DNA from: Dyadobacter sediminis
GTDB taxonomy: Bacteria > Bacteroidota > Bacteroidia > Cytophagales > Spirosomataceae
Direction of reading: 5' to 3'
Length of the DNA stretch: 24,000 bases
Assembly (NCBI RefSeq): GCF_005860765.1
Contig: NZ_VCEI01000011.1
Span: forward strand, 1,193,819 to 1,217,818
The notes beneath the pieces were generated by a model, which saw only the letters and a list, made by a program, of their open reading frames with translations, was not told the DNA's origin and made no database searches. This document shows, in pieces, positions 1 to 8,832 of the stretch. A program made the translations under genes and the position numbers. Numbering within the stretch: position 1 is the first letter of the stretch; every line of letters starts with the position of its first letter.

Positions 1-257
1 TATAATCACCTGAAAAAACATTCCGTTTGATTCAGGATTTTCTGAAGATAGAAAGGCTGATCAGGATTTACACAAACTCATAAAAGCAAACAGTATAACA
101 GCCCTGCATTCTTTATAGGATAAAATAGAATTGGATACAGTTTACAACCACTTGAAATTGCGGTTAGTTTTACAAAAGGAGTTGCCTGAACATCAACCTT
201 TTTATTGGCTTTCTTAATCTCGAAGTAGTTTTTTAGCAGTTCGTTGATAATTCTTTT

Positions 258-780
258 CAGAGCAACAGCGCCGCGGTTAGTTGTAGCTCCGGAGGAGCTC
301 TCTGTTTATAGCAAATTGCATGCGGTATTTGGTATGTTCGCTCCGGAGGAGCGTCCTGCCAATTGCAAAAGGAAACCCCATCCGGAGTTAAATTCAATTT
401 TTTGGATTTCCTGTTTGCTACAAACAGCAAACCGCTCCGCGGTTATTAATAGCTCCGGAGGAACTTTCTGTTTGTAGCAAATTACATATGGTATTTGGTA
501 TGTTCGCTCCGGAGGAGCGTCCTGTCGATGACAAAAGGAAACCCCGTCCGGGGTTAAAATTCATTTTTCATGGATTCCATGTTTGCTACAAACAGGAAAC
601 CGCTCCACGGTTATTAATAGCTCCGGAGGAGCTTTCTGTTTGTAGCAAATTGCATGCGGTATTTGGTATGTTCGCTCCGGAGGAGCGTCCTGTCAATTGC
701 AAAAGGAAACCCCATCCGGGGTTTAACAATTTTTTATGTATTCCACTATCTGCTACAAACAGGAAACCGCTCTGCGGTTT
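258..780 (+). repeat. Tandem array (about 3 units, period 156-168 bp) of a multi-hairpin extragenic repeat (REP/BIME-like), locus 1
   Basis: GCTCCGGAGGAGCGTCCTG recurs at 350, 506 and 674. Each unit carries the small hairpins GCTCC-GGA-GGAGC and AAACCCC-ATCC-GGGGTTT. Each also carries a roughly 62-nt composite hairpin, for example 585-646: GCTACAAACAG...CTGTTTGTAGC enclosing AACCGC-TCC-ACGGTT and AGCTCC-GG-AGGAGCT. The array ends truncated just after AACCGCTCTGCGGTT (765-779). Track ORFs 244..477 and 488..886 are just translations of this repeat. Confidence 0.85.
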
Positions 781-814
781 CTGTCACGTAACTTTAATTA
801 AATATGATTTATAT

Positions 815-854
815 AAAAACAAAAAAATAAAGACCTTCATAGGAAAGTCTTTAT
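815..854 (-). terminator. Intrinsic terminator downstream of the sulfatase gene
   Basis: An 8-bp inverted repeat ATAAAGAC (827-834) / GTCTTTAT (847-854) has a 12-nt loop. Read on the minus strand it is followed by U7-G-U5 (complement of 815-827). It lies 21 nt after the sulfatase stop codon (875-877). The stem is AT-rich, so confidence is moderate. Confidence 0.55.
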
Positions 855-874
855 TAACGTTAAAACCAGAATAT

Positions 875-2491
875 TTACTTTATTGACGCTGCTTCGTTTT
901 TTGCTTTTTCGTAATCATAAAACCATTTGAAATCCTTGTCATAGGGTTCTGCGCCTACTCTTTTGTACCACGCTGCATACTTTCTTTCCAGCTCCTTAAC
1001 CACTTCCGGATATTTCGAAGAAAGATCGACCAGTTCGGTGCGGTCTTTATCTATGTCATACAACTGCCATTTTTCCGAGCGTTCAGCAACCAGTTTCCAT
1101 TTTCCGTCCCGGATGGCGCGGTTTCCTTCATGTTCCCAGAAAAGCGGGTTTTTCCGGTTGATCGGCTTTCCGGTAAACGCCGGCCTCAAACTGGTACCTT
1201 CCAATGGCTGAATAGGCTGGTTATTAAAAGTTTCCGGATATTCTGCACCGCCAAGATCAGCCAGCGTAGCCATGATATCAATGATGTGTGCGGGCTGTTT
1301 TTCAAATTTCCCGTTCCGGCTTGCCGGTATTCCAGCCGGCCAGGATATGATGCCCGGCGACGAAATGCCGCCTTCATGCGTATGATGCTTGTAAGCCCAG
1401 AACGGCGTACAAGCCGCCTCCGCCCATCCCTGACCGATAAACACCGAAGACTCTGCCGAGCCTGGTTTTTCTCCTTCAAACTTCCCTTCTATGCCCGGCT
1501 CGGCGTTGCCGCCGTTGTCTGAAACAAAAAGAATGACGGTATTATCAAAAACGCCTCTCTTTTTCAAACCGTTCACCAGATCTCCGATGCTCTTATCGAG
1601 CCTGTAAATCACAGCGGCATAAACTGCCATCATATGGTCGTATTTTTCCTTCTCTGCCTGGCTCAGACTTTCCCACTTCGGTACATTGGGATTCATCGGC
1701 GGCAGTTTCCACGACGGATCAATAAGGCCGAGGCGGATCTGCTTTTCATAGCGTTCCTGACGAAGTTTTTCATATCCTTTCCGATATTTTCCTCTGAATC
1801 TGGCTATGTCTTCTTCCGGAGCCTGCAAAGGAAAATGCGGTGCATTGTGCGCCAGATACAGCATAAAAGGCTTTTTGGCAGCAATTCCTTCATCGATAAA
1901 CCGCAGCCCGAAATCGGTCCAGAGATCTGTAGTATACCAGTTTTCCGGAAGCTTGTCCGAATCATTGGCAAGTTCTTCGCCATCCAGAAACAGCTTTGCT
2001 CCTTTTCCGGCGCCATAATAAAACCCGCCCGCAGGCGCATTGAGCGAACGGTCGAAGCCGCGCTTCCAAGGAACGGTTCCGTGCGGCTGCCCCACATGCC
2101 ATTTTCCGGTCATGGCCGTAAAGTAGCCAGCGTTTTTCATCACTTCGGCAATAGTCACACTTTTGTCATTCAGCTGTGCGCGGTAAGCAGGATGGTCTGC
2201 GCCTTTGTCTTCCATCATGTGGCCGATTCCGGCCTGATGACTGTATACGCCTGTCAGCAACGCCGCGCGGGTCGGGCAGCAACGTGCTGTATTGTAAAAA
2301 CTTGTAAGCCGCAACCCATTCTGCGCCAGCTTGTCCAGGTTCGGCGTCGGAATTTCACTGCCGTAGCATCCCAGATCGGCGTATCCGAGATCATCTGCAA
2401 GTATGACAATCACGTTCGGCTTTTGCTGAGCAAAAGTGGCATAAGTTGTAAAAAGCATCAACAGTAATGCTGATTTCCATTTAGTATGCAT
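875..2491 (-). CDS. Type-I (formylglycine-dependent) arylsulfatase, secreted
   Basis: 538-aa ORF. Signal peptide MHTKWKSALLLMLFTTYATFAQQ. Metal-binding start VIVILADDLGYADLGCYG. Sulfatase signature C-x-P-x-R in TARCCPTRAALLTGVY. Confidence 0.93.
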   Translation of the reverse strand: MHTKWKSALLLMLFTTYATFAQQKPNVIVILADDLGYADLGCYGSEIPTPNLDKLAQNGLRLTSFYNTARCCPTRAALLTGVYSHQAGIGHMMEDKGADHPAYRAQLNDKSVTIAEVMKNAGYFTAMTGKWHVGQPHGTVPWKRGFDRSLNAPAGGFYYGAGKGAKLFLDGEELANDSDKLPENWYTTDLWTDFGLRFIDEGIAAKKPFMLYLAHNAPHFPLQAPEEDIARFRGKYRKGYEKLRQERYEKQIRLGLIDPSWKLPPMNPNVPKWESLSQAEKEKYDHMMAVYAAVIYRLDKSIGDLVNGLKKRGVFDNTVILFVSDNGGNAEPGIEGKFEGEKPGSAESSVFIGQGWAEAACTPFWAYKHHTHEGGISSPGIISWPAGIPASRNGKFEKQPAHIIDIMATLADLGGAEYPETFNNQPIQPLEGTSLRPAFTGKPINRKNPLFWEHEGNRAIRDGKWKLVAERSEKWQLYDIDKDRTELVDLSSKYPEVVKELERKYAAWYKRVGAEPYDKDFKWFYDYEKAKNEAASIK

Positions 2492-2543
2492 GTTCCCTGC
2501 GTTTTAGTCCGTTACAACATTTATTATTTTATAAAATGATCTC

Positions 2544-4109
2544 TTATTCCCAAAGTACATTCTGCTTAAGAAGCGGATTGTTATCAAGCTCCGTTTGCGG
2601 GATCGGGTACAAATAATTTTTCTCGGTAGCATTGGTTTTACCTACTTTCTGCAGACTTTTCAGTAAAATTCCTTTACCGTCTGCGTCTTTCTCACGAATG
2701 AGGTCAAACCATCGCTGGTATTCGTATACGAGTTCCAGCCTTCTTTCAAAATAAACCGAATCACGAAACTGGTTTTTTGTTAATCCCGCCGTCAGGTTCG
2801 GGAGACCGGCTCTGGCCCGCACTCGGTTAATTGATTTATAGGCTTTTACAGTCGGGCCGTTTACTTCATTTTCAGCTTCGGCGTGGATCAGGAGCAGTTC
2901 CGCATAACGGATGATCGGCACGTTGGCTTCGGAGTTCGAAGTTACAGCCGTGTTGTTCGGGTCCCACCATTTGTTCCAGAACGGCGTCGAATCATTTGGC
3001 ACAGCGGGATTGACAAGCGGCAATGCATATTTTTTTCCATTGGCCGGACTGGTAAAACTTCTTACAAAAGTCACATCCCTGCGCTTGTCTGCAGGTTTGA
3101 AAAGTTTGTAAATACTGAAAAACTTATCTTCTCCTTCCGTGTAGTAACGAACCATATGCGCATAGTTTCCGGTCAGTCCGGGAATGGCGGAGAAAATCGC
3201 ACGGGACATTTCATTATTTCCCTGATTATAGGAATTCGCTTTCATCTGAGCAGAAAATATATGCTCCGTGCCATTTTTGAAAGCCGGCAGAAAAACTTTT
3301 GCATAATCCGCTGCCAGATCATAACCGTAAGCTCCCGTTCCGCCGTCGGACGGCGACAAGGCTTCTTCCGCTTTGGAAATGGCCTTTTGGTAATTTTCCG
3401 TCAGCTTCAAAGGAAGCGATGCCTTGATCAGATATACTTTTGCCAGCAGCGCTCTGGCAGCTCCGGAAGTTGCTCTTCCCAAATCGGGCGAACTGTAAGA
3501 GGTTGGCAAAACGGATGCAGCTTCAGTTAAATCTTTCTCAATCTGCGCATAAACGTCAGCGGACGGACTTTTTGCAATGGCATAATCAGACGGTGAAACA
3601 AAATTCTGATATTCTGTAACCAGCGGCACATCGCCGTAAAGCCGTACAAGGTTGAAGTAAAACAATGCTCTCAGAAATTTGGCTTCGCCCAGAATCCTTT
3701 CCTTGTTGCCCGGAATACTGAAACTGATTGCCGGAATTTTGTTTAAAACCACATTGGCCTTGCGGATAGCGGCATAATGCTGCTGCCAGATTTCATAAAC
3801 TCGCAGATTACTGGAAGAATGCGACTGCACCGCCAGCGACCTTACGTCCGGATTGGTTGCGCCCGGTCCCGGATCTTCGTCATCGCTGCCCATGTTCATG
3901 CCCGTGTTGAACAAGGTATTGTAAGGTGTCTGGATCCTTCCGGAATTCAGGAAAAAGTACACGGCATTAATCGCAGTATTGGCATCGGATTCTGTTTTGT
4001 AATACTGTTCTTCGGTTATTACCGAAGCAGGTTCTTCGGTCAGGAAGTCTTTGCAGGAGGCAATGAAAAGCGTGCTGAGTGCGAGAACGAGGTAAGAATA
4101 TTTTTTCAT
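2544..4109 (-). CDS. SusD/RagB-family nutrient-binding outer-membrane lipoprotein
   Basis: The ORF track gives 2544..4121. The likelier start is the second Met at 4109, giving MKKYSYLVLALSTLFIASC with a lipoprotein Cys. It sits 12-24 nt downstream of the SusC stop. Length and the TPR-like helical N-terminal half (LRALFYFNLVRLYGDVPL) are typical of SusD homologs. Confidence 0.9.
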   Translation of the reverse strand: MKKYSYLVLALSTLFIASCKDFLTEEPASVITEEQYYKTESDANTAINAVYFFLNSGRIQTPYNTLFNTGMNMGSDDEDPGPGATNPDVRSLAVQSHSSSNLRVYEIWQQHYAAIRKANVVLNKIPAISFSIPGNKERILGEAKFLRALFYFNLVRLYGDVPLVTEYQNFVSPSDYAIAKSPSADVYAQIEKDLTEAASVLPTSYSSPDLGRATSGAARALLAKVYLIKASLPLKLTENYQKAISKAEEALSPSDGGTGAYGYDLAADYAKVFLPAFKNGTEHIFSAQMKANSYNQGNNEMSRAIFSAIPGLTGNYAHMVRYYTEGEDKFFSIYKLFKPADKRRDVTFVRSFTSPANGKKYALPLVNPAVPNDSTPFWNKWWDPNNTAVTSNSEANVPIIRYAELLLIHAEAENEVNGPTVKAYKSINRVRARAGLPNLTAGLTKNQFRDSVYFERRLELVYEYQRWFDLIREKDADGKGILLKSLQKVGKTNATEKNYLYPIPQTELDNNPLLKQNVLWE

Positions 4110-4133
4110 TTCAGGAATCAATTTGAATGACTA

Positions 4134-7100
4134 TCAGAATGTCAGCGATAAACCGACCTGATAAGATTTGTTGTTCGGGTACACACTGTCGTCCACTCCT
4201 TTGTTGATCAGGCTTTGTCCGTTGGAACTCACTTCCGGATCAAAACCTGTGTATTTGGTCCAGGTAATGGCATTCTGGGCAGACACATAAATCCGCAGCG
4301 ACTGAATGCGCACTTGCGAGAGCAATGCTTTCGGCAATGAATAACCAAAGGAAATGTTTTTCAGCCTGTAATACGTGGCATCTTCAATGAAGCGGTCCGA
4401 AATGGTGATCGCAGGGTCCTGATATGCTTCTTTCACGTCCGTATCGGTGTTTGTCGGGGAATAACGGTTCAGGAGTGCACGCGACGCATTGGTGTAACCC
4501 GTTCCCAGTTCAAGGTTTGCACGGTTTACATTGTACAGTTTGCCGCCGACGGAAGTCTGGAAGAAAACGGCCAGGTCAAATCCCTTGTAATTGAACGTAT
4601 TGGTTAGTCCGGCAGTAAATCTGATCTGGTTGTCTATTACTTCCCTGTCGCCGGCCTGCGTGATTTTGCCGTCCCCGTCCAGATCTTTAAACTGCTGTCC
4701 GCCCGGTCCTTTGTTGGCCTGCGGCGTGAGTGCCGTTTCACCATCCTGAATCACACCGTCCGTTTTATACACGATGAATGAACCCAGCGGATGGCCGACT
4801 TTCGCGATGGATGGTGCCGAACTGGAAGGAATATACTGATTGACGCCTTCTCCAAGGTCCAGGATTTTGTTTGTATTGCGGGCAAAAATGAAGATCGAAT
4901 TCCACTTCAGATCGCCCGTAAGGTTCTGGGAATTAACGGCCAGTTCAAAACCTTTGTTCGAAACTGCGCCTACATTCTGGTAAATCGTGGAACCTTGCCC
5001 GGAATAGAAATCGGATAATCCTGATGTTCCCGGTACCGTTCTCGTAAGCAGCAGATCCGTGGTCTTTTTGTAGTAATAATCAGCAGTAATGTTCAGGCGG
5101 TCTTTGTACAGACCGATGTCCAGACCGGCATCCACCTGAAAAGTCTTTTCCCATCCCAGATTTTTGTTGGATACCGTACTCGGCGCATAGCCCGAAACCG
5201 TACTCGATGAAAAATTATACGGATAATAAGTCAGCTGCGCAAGCGATTGATACGGCGGAATGCTCTGGTTTCCGGTCGATCCGGCGCTCAACCGCAGTTT
5301 CAGCAGGCTTACTTTCGTAATATTTTTAAAAAATGGCTCATTGGCAATATTCCAGCCCAATGCTGCGGAAGGAAAATAACCCCATTTGTTTCCGGCTCCG
5401 AATTTGGAAGAACCGTCTGCACGAAGCGTGAACGTCACCAGATAACGGTCATCAAAAACGTAATTGATACGGCCCAGATAAGATGCCAGCGCAAAGTCGG
5501 TCGAAGATGAGCCGGGAGTTCTGTTGGTGATTCCTGTTCCAAGATTATTGTAACCAAAAGCATCGGATGAAAATCCTGCTGCCTCGGCAATGGCCCCTTT
5601 TGATTGTGACTGCTGGGCAGTAAAACCGATTACGGCATTAATCCTGTTTTTATCATTCAGCTCTTTATCGTAGCTCAATGTATTTTCATTCAGCCAGTTG
5701 GCAGTAAAAATGGAACCCACCAGCGCATTTCCGTTCAGGGCCGTGCCTTCGTAAGTCGAAATCGGCAAATAGCGGTTCTGCTTGTTATCCACGACATCCG
5801 CACCCACCAGCACTTTGGCTTTGAGGCCTTCTATTATGGTATATTCAGCCGAAATATTTCCTAAAAAACGATTGGTAATGGTTTGGTTCAGCTGATTGTA
5901 AAGCGAATTGATCGGATTTGCGTAAACGGTTTCAAACGGGCTGAACCTGACAAATTTACCGTCTTCCTGATAAATGGGCAGCGATGGCGGCGTAAGAACC
6001 AGCGCGGAAACGACCGATGCGGGAGCCACGTTGGCTTTGGTATGGCTCCCGGTGATGCTGGACGTGAACCTTAATTTATCATTGTAACTGTGATCAATGT
6101 TGAAGCGGGCCGAAAGCCTGTTAAAGTCGGTATTCTGAAGAACGCCATTCTGTTTCAGGTAATTGGCCGAAATCCCGAGCCTTGTCTTGTCCGAACCGGA
6201 AAGAATGGAAATGCTGTGACTTTGCTGCGTTGCTTTTCTGAAGGCTGCTGCCTGCCAGTCGGTCCCCGCTCCCGTTGTATCCAGCGTGAACCCGATTACA
6301 CCGGGCAGAACCGGCGTCTTACCCGAGTTAACGGCTGCATCTTTGCGGAGCTGCCACCATTCGCCTGCATTCATCAAGGGCAAAGTCCGGATCACTTCCT
6401 GCCTTCCGAAATAAGATTCATAAGTAATCGAGGATTTGTTTTTGGAACCGCCTTTTGTCGTGATAATCACAACGCCGTTGGCTCCTCTTGACCCGTAAAT
6501 TGCTGTTGCCGAAGCATCTTTCAACACATCAATGGATTCAATATCAGCCGTATTCAGGAAGGAAAGCGGATTGATTTTGGAACCGGCCGTTACACCCGCA
6601 TCACTCACACCATATTCATTATTGATCGGAAAACCGTCGATTACATACAACGGATCGCTTCCTGCAGTGATGGAATTGCTCCCTCTGATCTGGACGCTCA
6701 CGCCACCGCCCGGCTGCCCGGAGGTCTGCGTCACGGTTGCTCCCGCAATAGAGCCCTGCAGTAACCTTTCTACGGAAACAACAGGCTGCGATTTGATTTC
6801 AATGGGAACGGAAGAAACGGAGCCGGTAATGTCTTTTCTCTTTTGCTCGCCATAACCGATCACCACCACTTCATTCAGCAAATTAGCCGTTTTCAGGACC
6901 ACTTCAACAGGCTCGGCAGCCAGTTCGTAAATTTCAATTTCCTGCTGCTGGAAACCGGTGATATTGATCTGCAGAGTAAACGGAAACTCTTTGGAAGCCG
7001 CAATGCTGAATTTTCCGTCCAGGTCGGTGACGGTGTTTTTGGACATGCCTTTTTCAATGATGGTAGCGCCGGGCAAGCCCATTCCGGTTTCATCCTTTAC

Positions 7101-7187
7101 AACTCCGGTGATGATATCCTGTGCATGGGCGAAGGTAGAGGCAAAGACGATAGTGCCCAATAATGCTATCAGGTAAATGTTTTTCAT
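4134..7187 (-). CDS. SusC/RagA-family TonB-dependent outer-membrane transporter
   Basis: 1017-aa ORF. Signal peptide is followed by a carboxypeptidase-regulatory-like domain (ITGVVKDETGMGLPGATIIEKG). TonB-box/plug region VVVIGYGEQKRKDITGSVSSV. C-terminal beta-barrel ends in ...SYQVGLSLTF. There is no N-terminal STN extension. Confidence 0.95.
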   Translation of the reverse strand: MKNIYLIALLGTIVFASTFAHAQDIITGVVKDETGMGLPGATIIEKGMSKNTVTDLDGKFSIAASKEFPFTLQINITGFQQQEIEIYELAAEPVEVVLKTANLLNEVVVIGYGEQKRKDITGSVSSVPIEIKSQPVVSVERLLQGSIAGATVTQTSGQPGGGVSVQIRGSNSITAGSDPLYVIDGFPINNEYGVSDAGVTAGSKINPLSFLNTADIESIDVLKDASATAIYGSRGANGVVIITTKGGSKNKSSITYESYFGRQEVIRTLPLMNAGEWWQLRKDAAVNSGKTPVLPGVIGFTLDTTGAGTDWQAAAFRKATQQSHSISILSGSDKTRLGISANYLKQNGVLQNTDFNRLSARFNIDHSYNDKLRFTSSITGSHTKANVAPASVVSALVLTPPSLPIYQEDGKFVRFSPFETVYANPINSLYNQLNQTITNRFLGNISAEYTIIEGLKAKVLVGADVVDNKQNRYLPISTYEGTALNGNALVGSIFTANWLNENTLSYDKELNDKNRINAVIGFTAQQSQSKGAIAEAAGFSSDAFGYNNLGTGITNRTPGSSSTDFALASYLGRINYVFDDRYLVTFTLRADGSSKFGAGNKWGYFPSAALGWNIANEPFFKNITKVSLLKLRLSAGSTGNQSIPPYQSLAQLTYYPYNFSSSTVSGYAPSTVSNKNLGWEKTFQVDAGLDIGLYKDRLNITADYYYKKTTDLLLTRTVPGTSGLSDFYSGQGSTIYQNVGAVSNKGFELAVNSQNLTGDLKWNSIFIFARNTNKILDLGEGVNQYIPSSSAPSIAKVGHPLGSFIVYKTDGVIQDGETALTPQANKGPGGQQFKDLDGDGKITQAGDREVIDNQIRFTAGLTNTFNYKGFDLAVFFQTSVGGKLYNVNRANLELGTGYTNASRALLNRYSPTNTDTDVKEAYQDPAITISDRFIEDATYYRLKNISFGYSLPKALLSQVRIQSLRIYVSAQNAITWTKYTGFDPEVSSNGQSLINKGVDDSVYPNNKSYQVGLSLTF

Positions 7188-7222
7188 GATGACTTTTTTT
7201 AAAATAACTGCTCTGAACCGTT

Positions 7223-8296
7223 TCAGATGCGAATGGGTGATGGCAGGTTTTCAGGAAGTTTTTCGTTTTTGACTTCATCTCCGACCATAGGGCCGTCAGC
7301 AGCCAGTTCACTGCCGCTTTTTTTGGATTTCAGAATCGGCCACAACAATTGTGCATACCATTCTTCTTCCTTGTAATGTTTGATACCGAATGAAGTCGGG
7401 TATCTGCGGGTAATGATGCCGGTACTGAAAATGATGTCCCAGAGAAAAAACATGTTGCCGAAGTTGCCTTTGTAATAGCCTACGCCGTCGTCCGTTGTAT
7501 CCGCATGATGCGCATAATGCGTGGCAGGCGTTGAAATAAATCTTTCCAGCACCCAGCCAACCGGGCTGAGCCATTTGATCGTATAAAACGGTTTATCCCA
7601 GGGAATACTGGAATGCGCACCGGTCACAATCAGCGACTTGACCACTTTTACAAACAAAGCCGCGTAACCAAGTCCGACGTAAGTCAGTGCTACGGTAAGG
7701 TAAGTCTGGGAAAAGAAAATCGTGTAGATGATATTCTGCCGCCCGGCCATCGCCATTCCCATGTACGGAGCACTGTGATGTGTTCTGTGAAAACGCCATA
7801 ACCAGGGCAATTGATGATGCAGGCGGTGATACCAGTATTGCGTAAGGTCGTCGGCTACGGCTATGATCGCAAACGCCCACCAGAAAGGTACCCATGAAAA
7901 GTTATCCTTGATACCGGGCAGAACTTTCGGCAGCAGTTCCAGACTGAAATACGTTACAAGCGGCGCAATGATGATTTTGGGAAGCACATAGCATGCAACA
8001 TCCAGAAAGCGTTCGTTTTTGGTCCATTTGTTTTCGTAAAGACCGGCAATAAATTCAATAATGCCGAGCACCAGTACAATAACCGGAAGTCCCCACGAAC
8101 TCAGATGCGTGAAAACGCCTTCGATAAAATGAGGAACTTTGAAAGGCAGTGCGTTGCTGCCGGCCCAGGGCTTGTAATCCGTAAGATAAAACGCGGCAAA
8201 CATTAAAAATACGGGTGCCAGATATAGGAATATACTGATCAATGCATCGCGCCTGATTTTCTGCACGACCTCTTTTTCAATTTTCATGATTGACAA
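7223..8296 (-). CDS. Fatty acid hydroxylase / sterol desaturase-family membrane di-iron oxygenase
   Basis: 357-aa ORF with several hydrophobic helices and three His boxes: HRLHH, HRTHH (YWYHRLHHQLPWLWRFHRTHHSAPYM) and HYAHH. Its stop is only 35 nt upstream of the SusC start on the same strand. An alternative start lies at 8287. Confidence 0.85.
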   Translation of the reverse strand: MSIMKIEKEVVQKIRRDALISIFLYLAPVFLMFAAFYLTDYKPWAGSNALPFKVPHFIEGVFTHLSSWGLPVIVLVLGIIEFIAGLYENKWTKNERFLDVACYVLPKIIIAPLVTYFSLELLPKVLPGIKDNFSWVPFWWAFAIIAVADDLTQYWYHRLHHQLPWLWRFHRTHHSAPYMGMAMAGRQNIIYTIFFSQTYLTVALTYVGLGYAALFVKVVKSLIVTGAHSSIPWDKPFYTIKWLSPVGWVLERFISTPATHYAHHADTTDDGVGYYKGNFGNMFFLWDIIFSTGIITRRYPTSFGIKHYKEEEWYAQLLWPILKSKKSGSELAADGPMVGDEVKNEKLPENLPSPIRI

Positions 8297-8318
8297 GGAT
8301 AACTGGAGTGAAAAATGA

Positions 8319-8516
8319 TTACCGGATTATGCTATACGCAAGCCAGATTCCTCCGGCTATCAGAACAAACGGAACGATGGTGAGCAAGATACCGACTGCG
8401 ATTTTTTTGGCAAGAAGTATTACGTCAGCGAAAGTCATAACAGAAATAGCTATATTGAATATGAATACCAGAATACCCCATGGACAGTCCGCCAGTTTAC
8501 GCAAATTGACAACCAC
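8319..8516 (-). CDS. Small hydrophobic (two-TM) protein, hypothetical
   Basis: 65-aa ORF with a GTG start. Two predicted TM stretches: WGILVFIFNIAISVMTFADVILL and IAVGILLTIVPFVLIAGGIWLAY. It lies 22 nt upstream of the hydroxylase gene on the same strand. The start codon is uncertain (internal ATG at Met27) and there is no recognisable family. Confidence 0.4.
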   Translation of the reverse strand: MVVNLRKLADCPWGILVFIFNIAISVMTFADVILLAKKIAVGILLTIVPFVLIAGGIWLAYSIIR

Positions 8517-8832
8517 CGAAAATTTACCTGAATGGCGGTACTGCCAAATGGGATATTCCAGGATATAACCGAAACAAAAAGATATTACATGCTACAACAA
8601 TCCGCGCTGAATGGATTGGAATGTAAGAAAACCACCTTGTTTGTCATGACTGACAAATCAGAAGAATGTAAAATAACCGCTTTCATATGCAAATGATTTC
8701 AGGTTTACTTATAGTGCCGGGTGGTTCAGAACTATAAGTCTATAAAATTGATAGACAAAGTAATGTTAATGGATTTTAAATTGCAAGCATTTGGATATTT
8801 ATTTTTGATCCGTACCTCGGCAACACAGTTTG

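Noticed and set aside
1-240. A gene at the left edge: a minus-strand ATG at 21..19 running off the window, or a roughly 60-codon minus-strand frame ending near 64
   Set aside because: Only 7 codons of the first are visible. The second has no clear start codon and continues into the repeat array. The evidence is insufficient to call either.
244-886. Track ORFs 244..477 and 488..886 (and 14801..15007, 15123..15329) as genes for repeat-containing proteins (recurring MFAPEERPVNCKRKPHPG)
   Set aside because: They are translations of the palindromic tandem repeat. They use TTG or other weak starts and have low-complexity, basic composition. ORF 488..886 runs into the 3' end of the sulfatase gene. 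The repeats are better explained at the nucleic-acid level.
1634-2467. Long antisense ORFs inside confident genes: 1634..2467(+), 2883..3530(+), 9373..9918(+), 11142..11609(-), 16963..17925(+) and 23251..23727(-)
   Set aside because: These are shadow ORFs opposite well-supported CDSs (sulfatase, SusD, WYL, rsr, the 927-aa protein, the PAS sensor). Their composition is Arg/Ser/Cys-rich and they have no family motifs.
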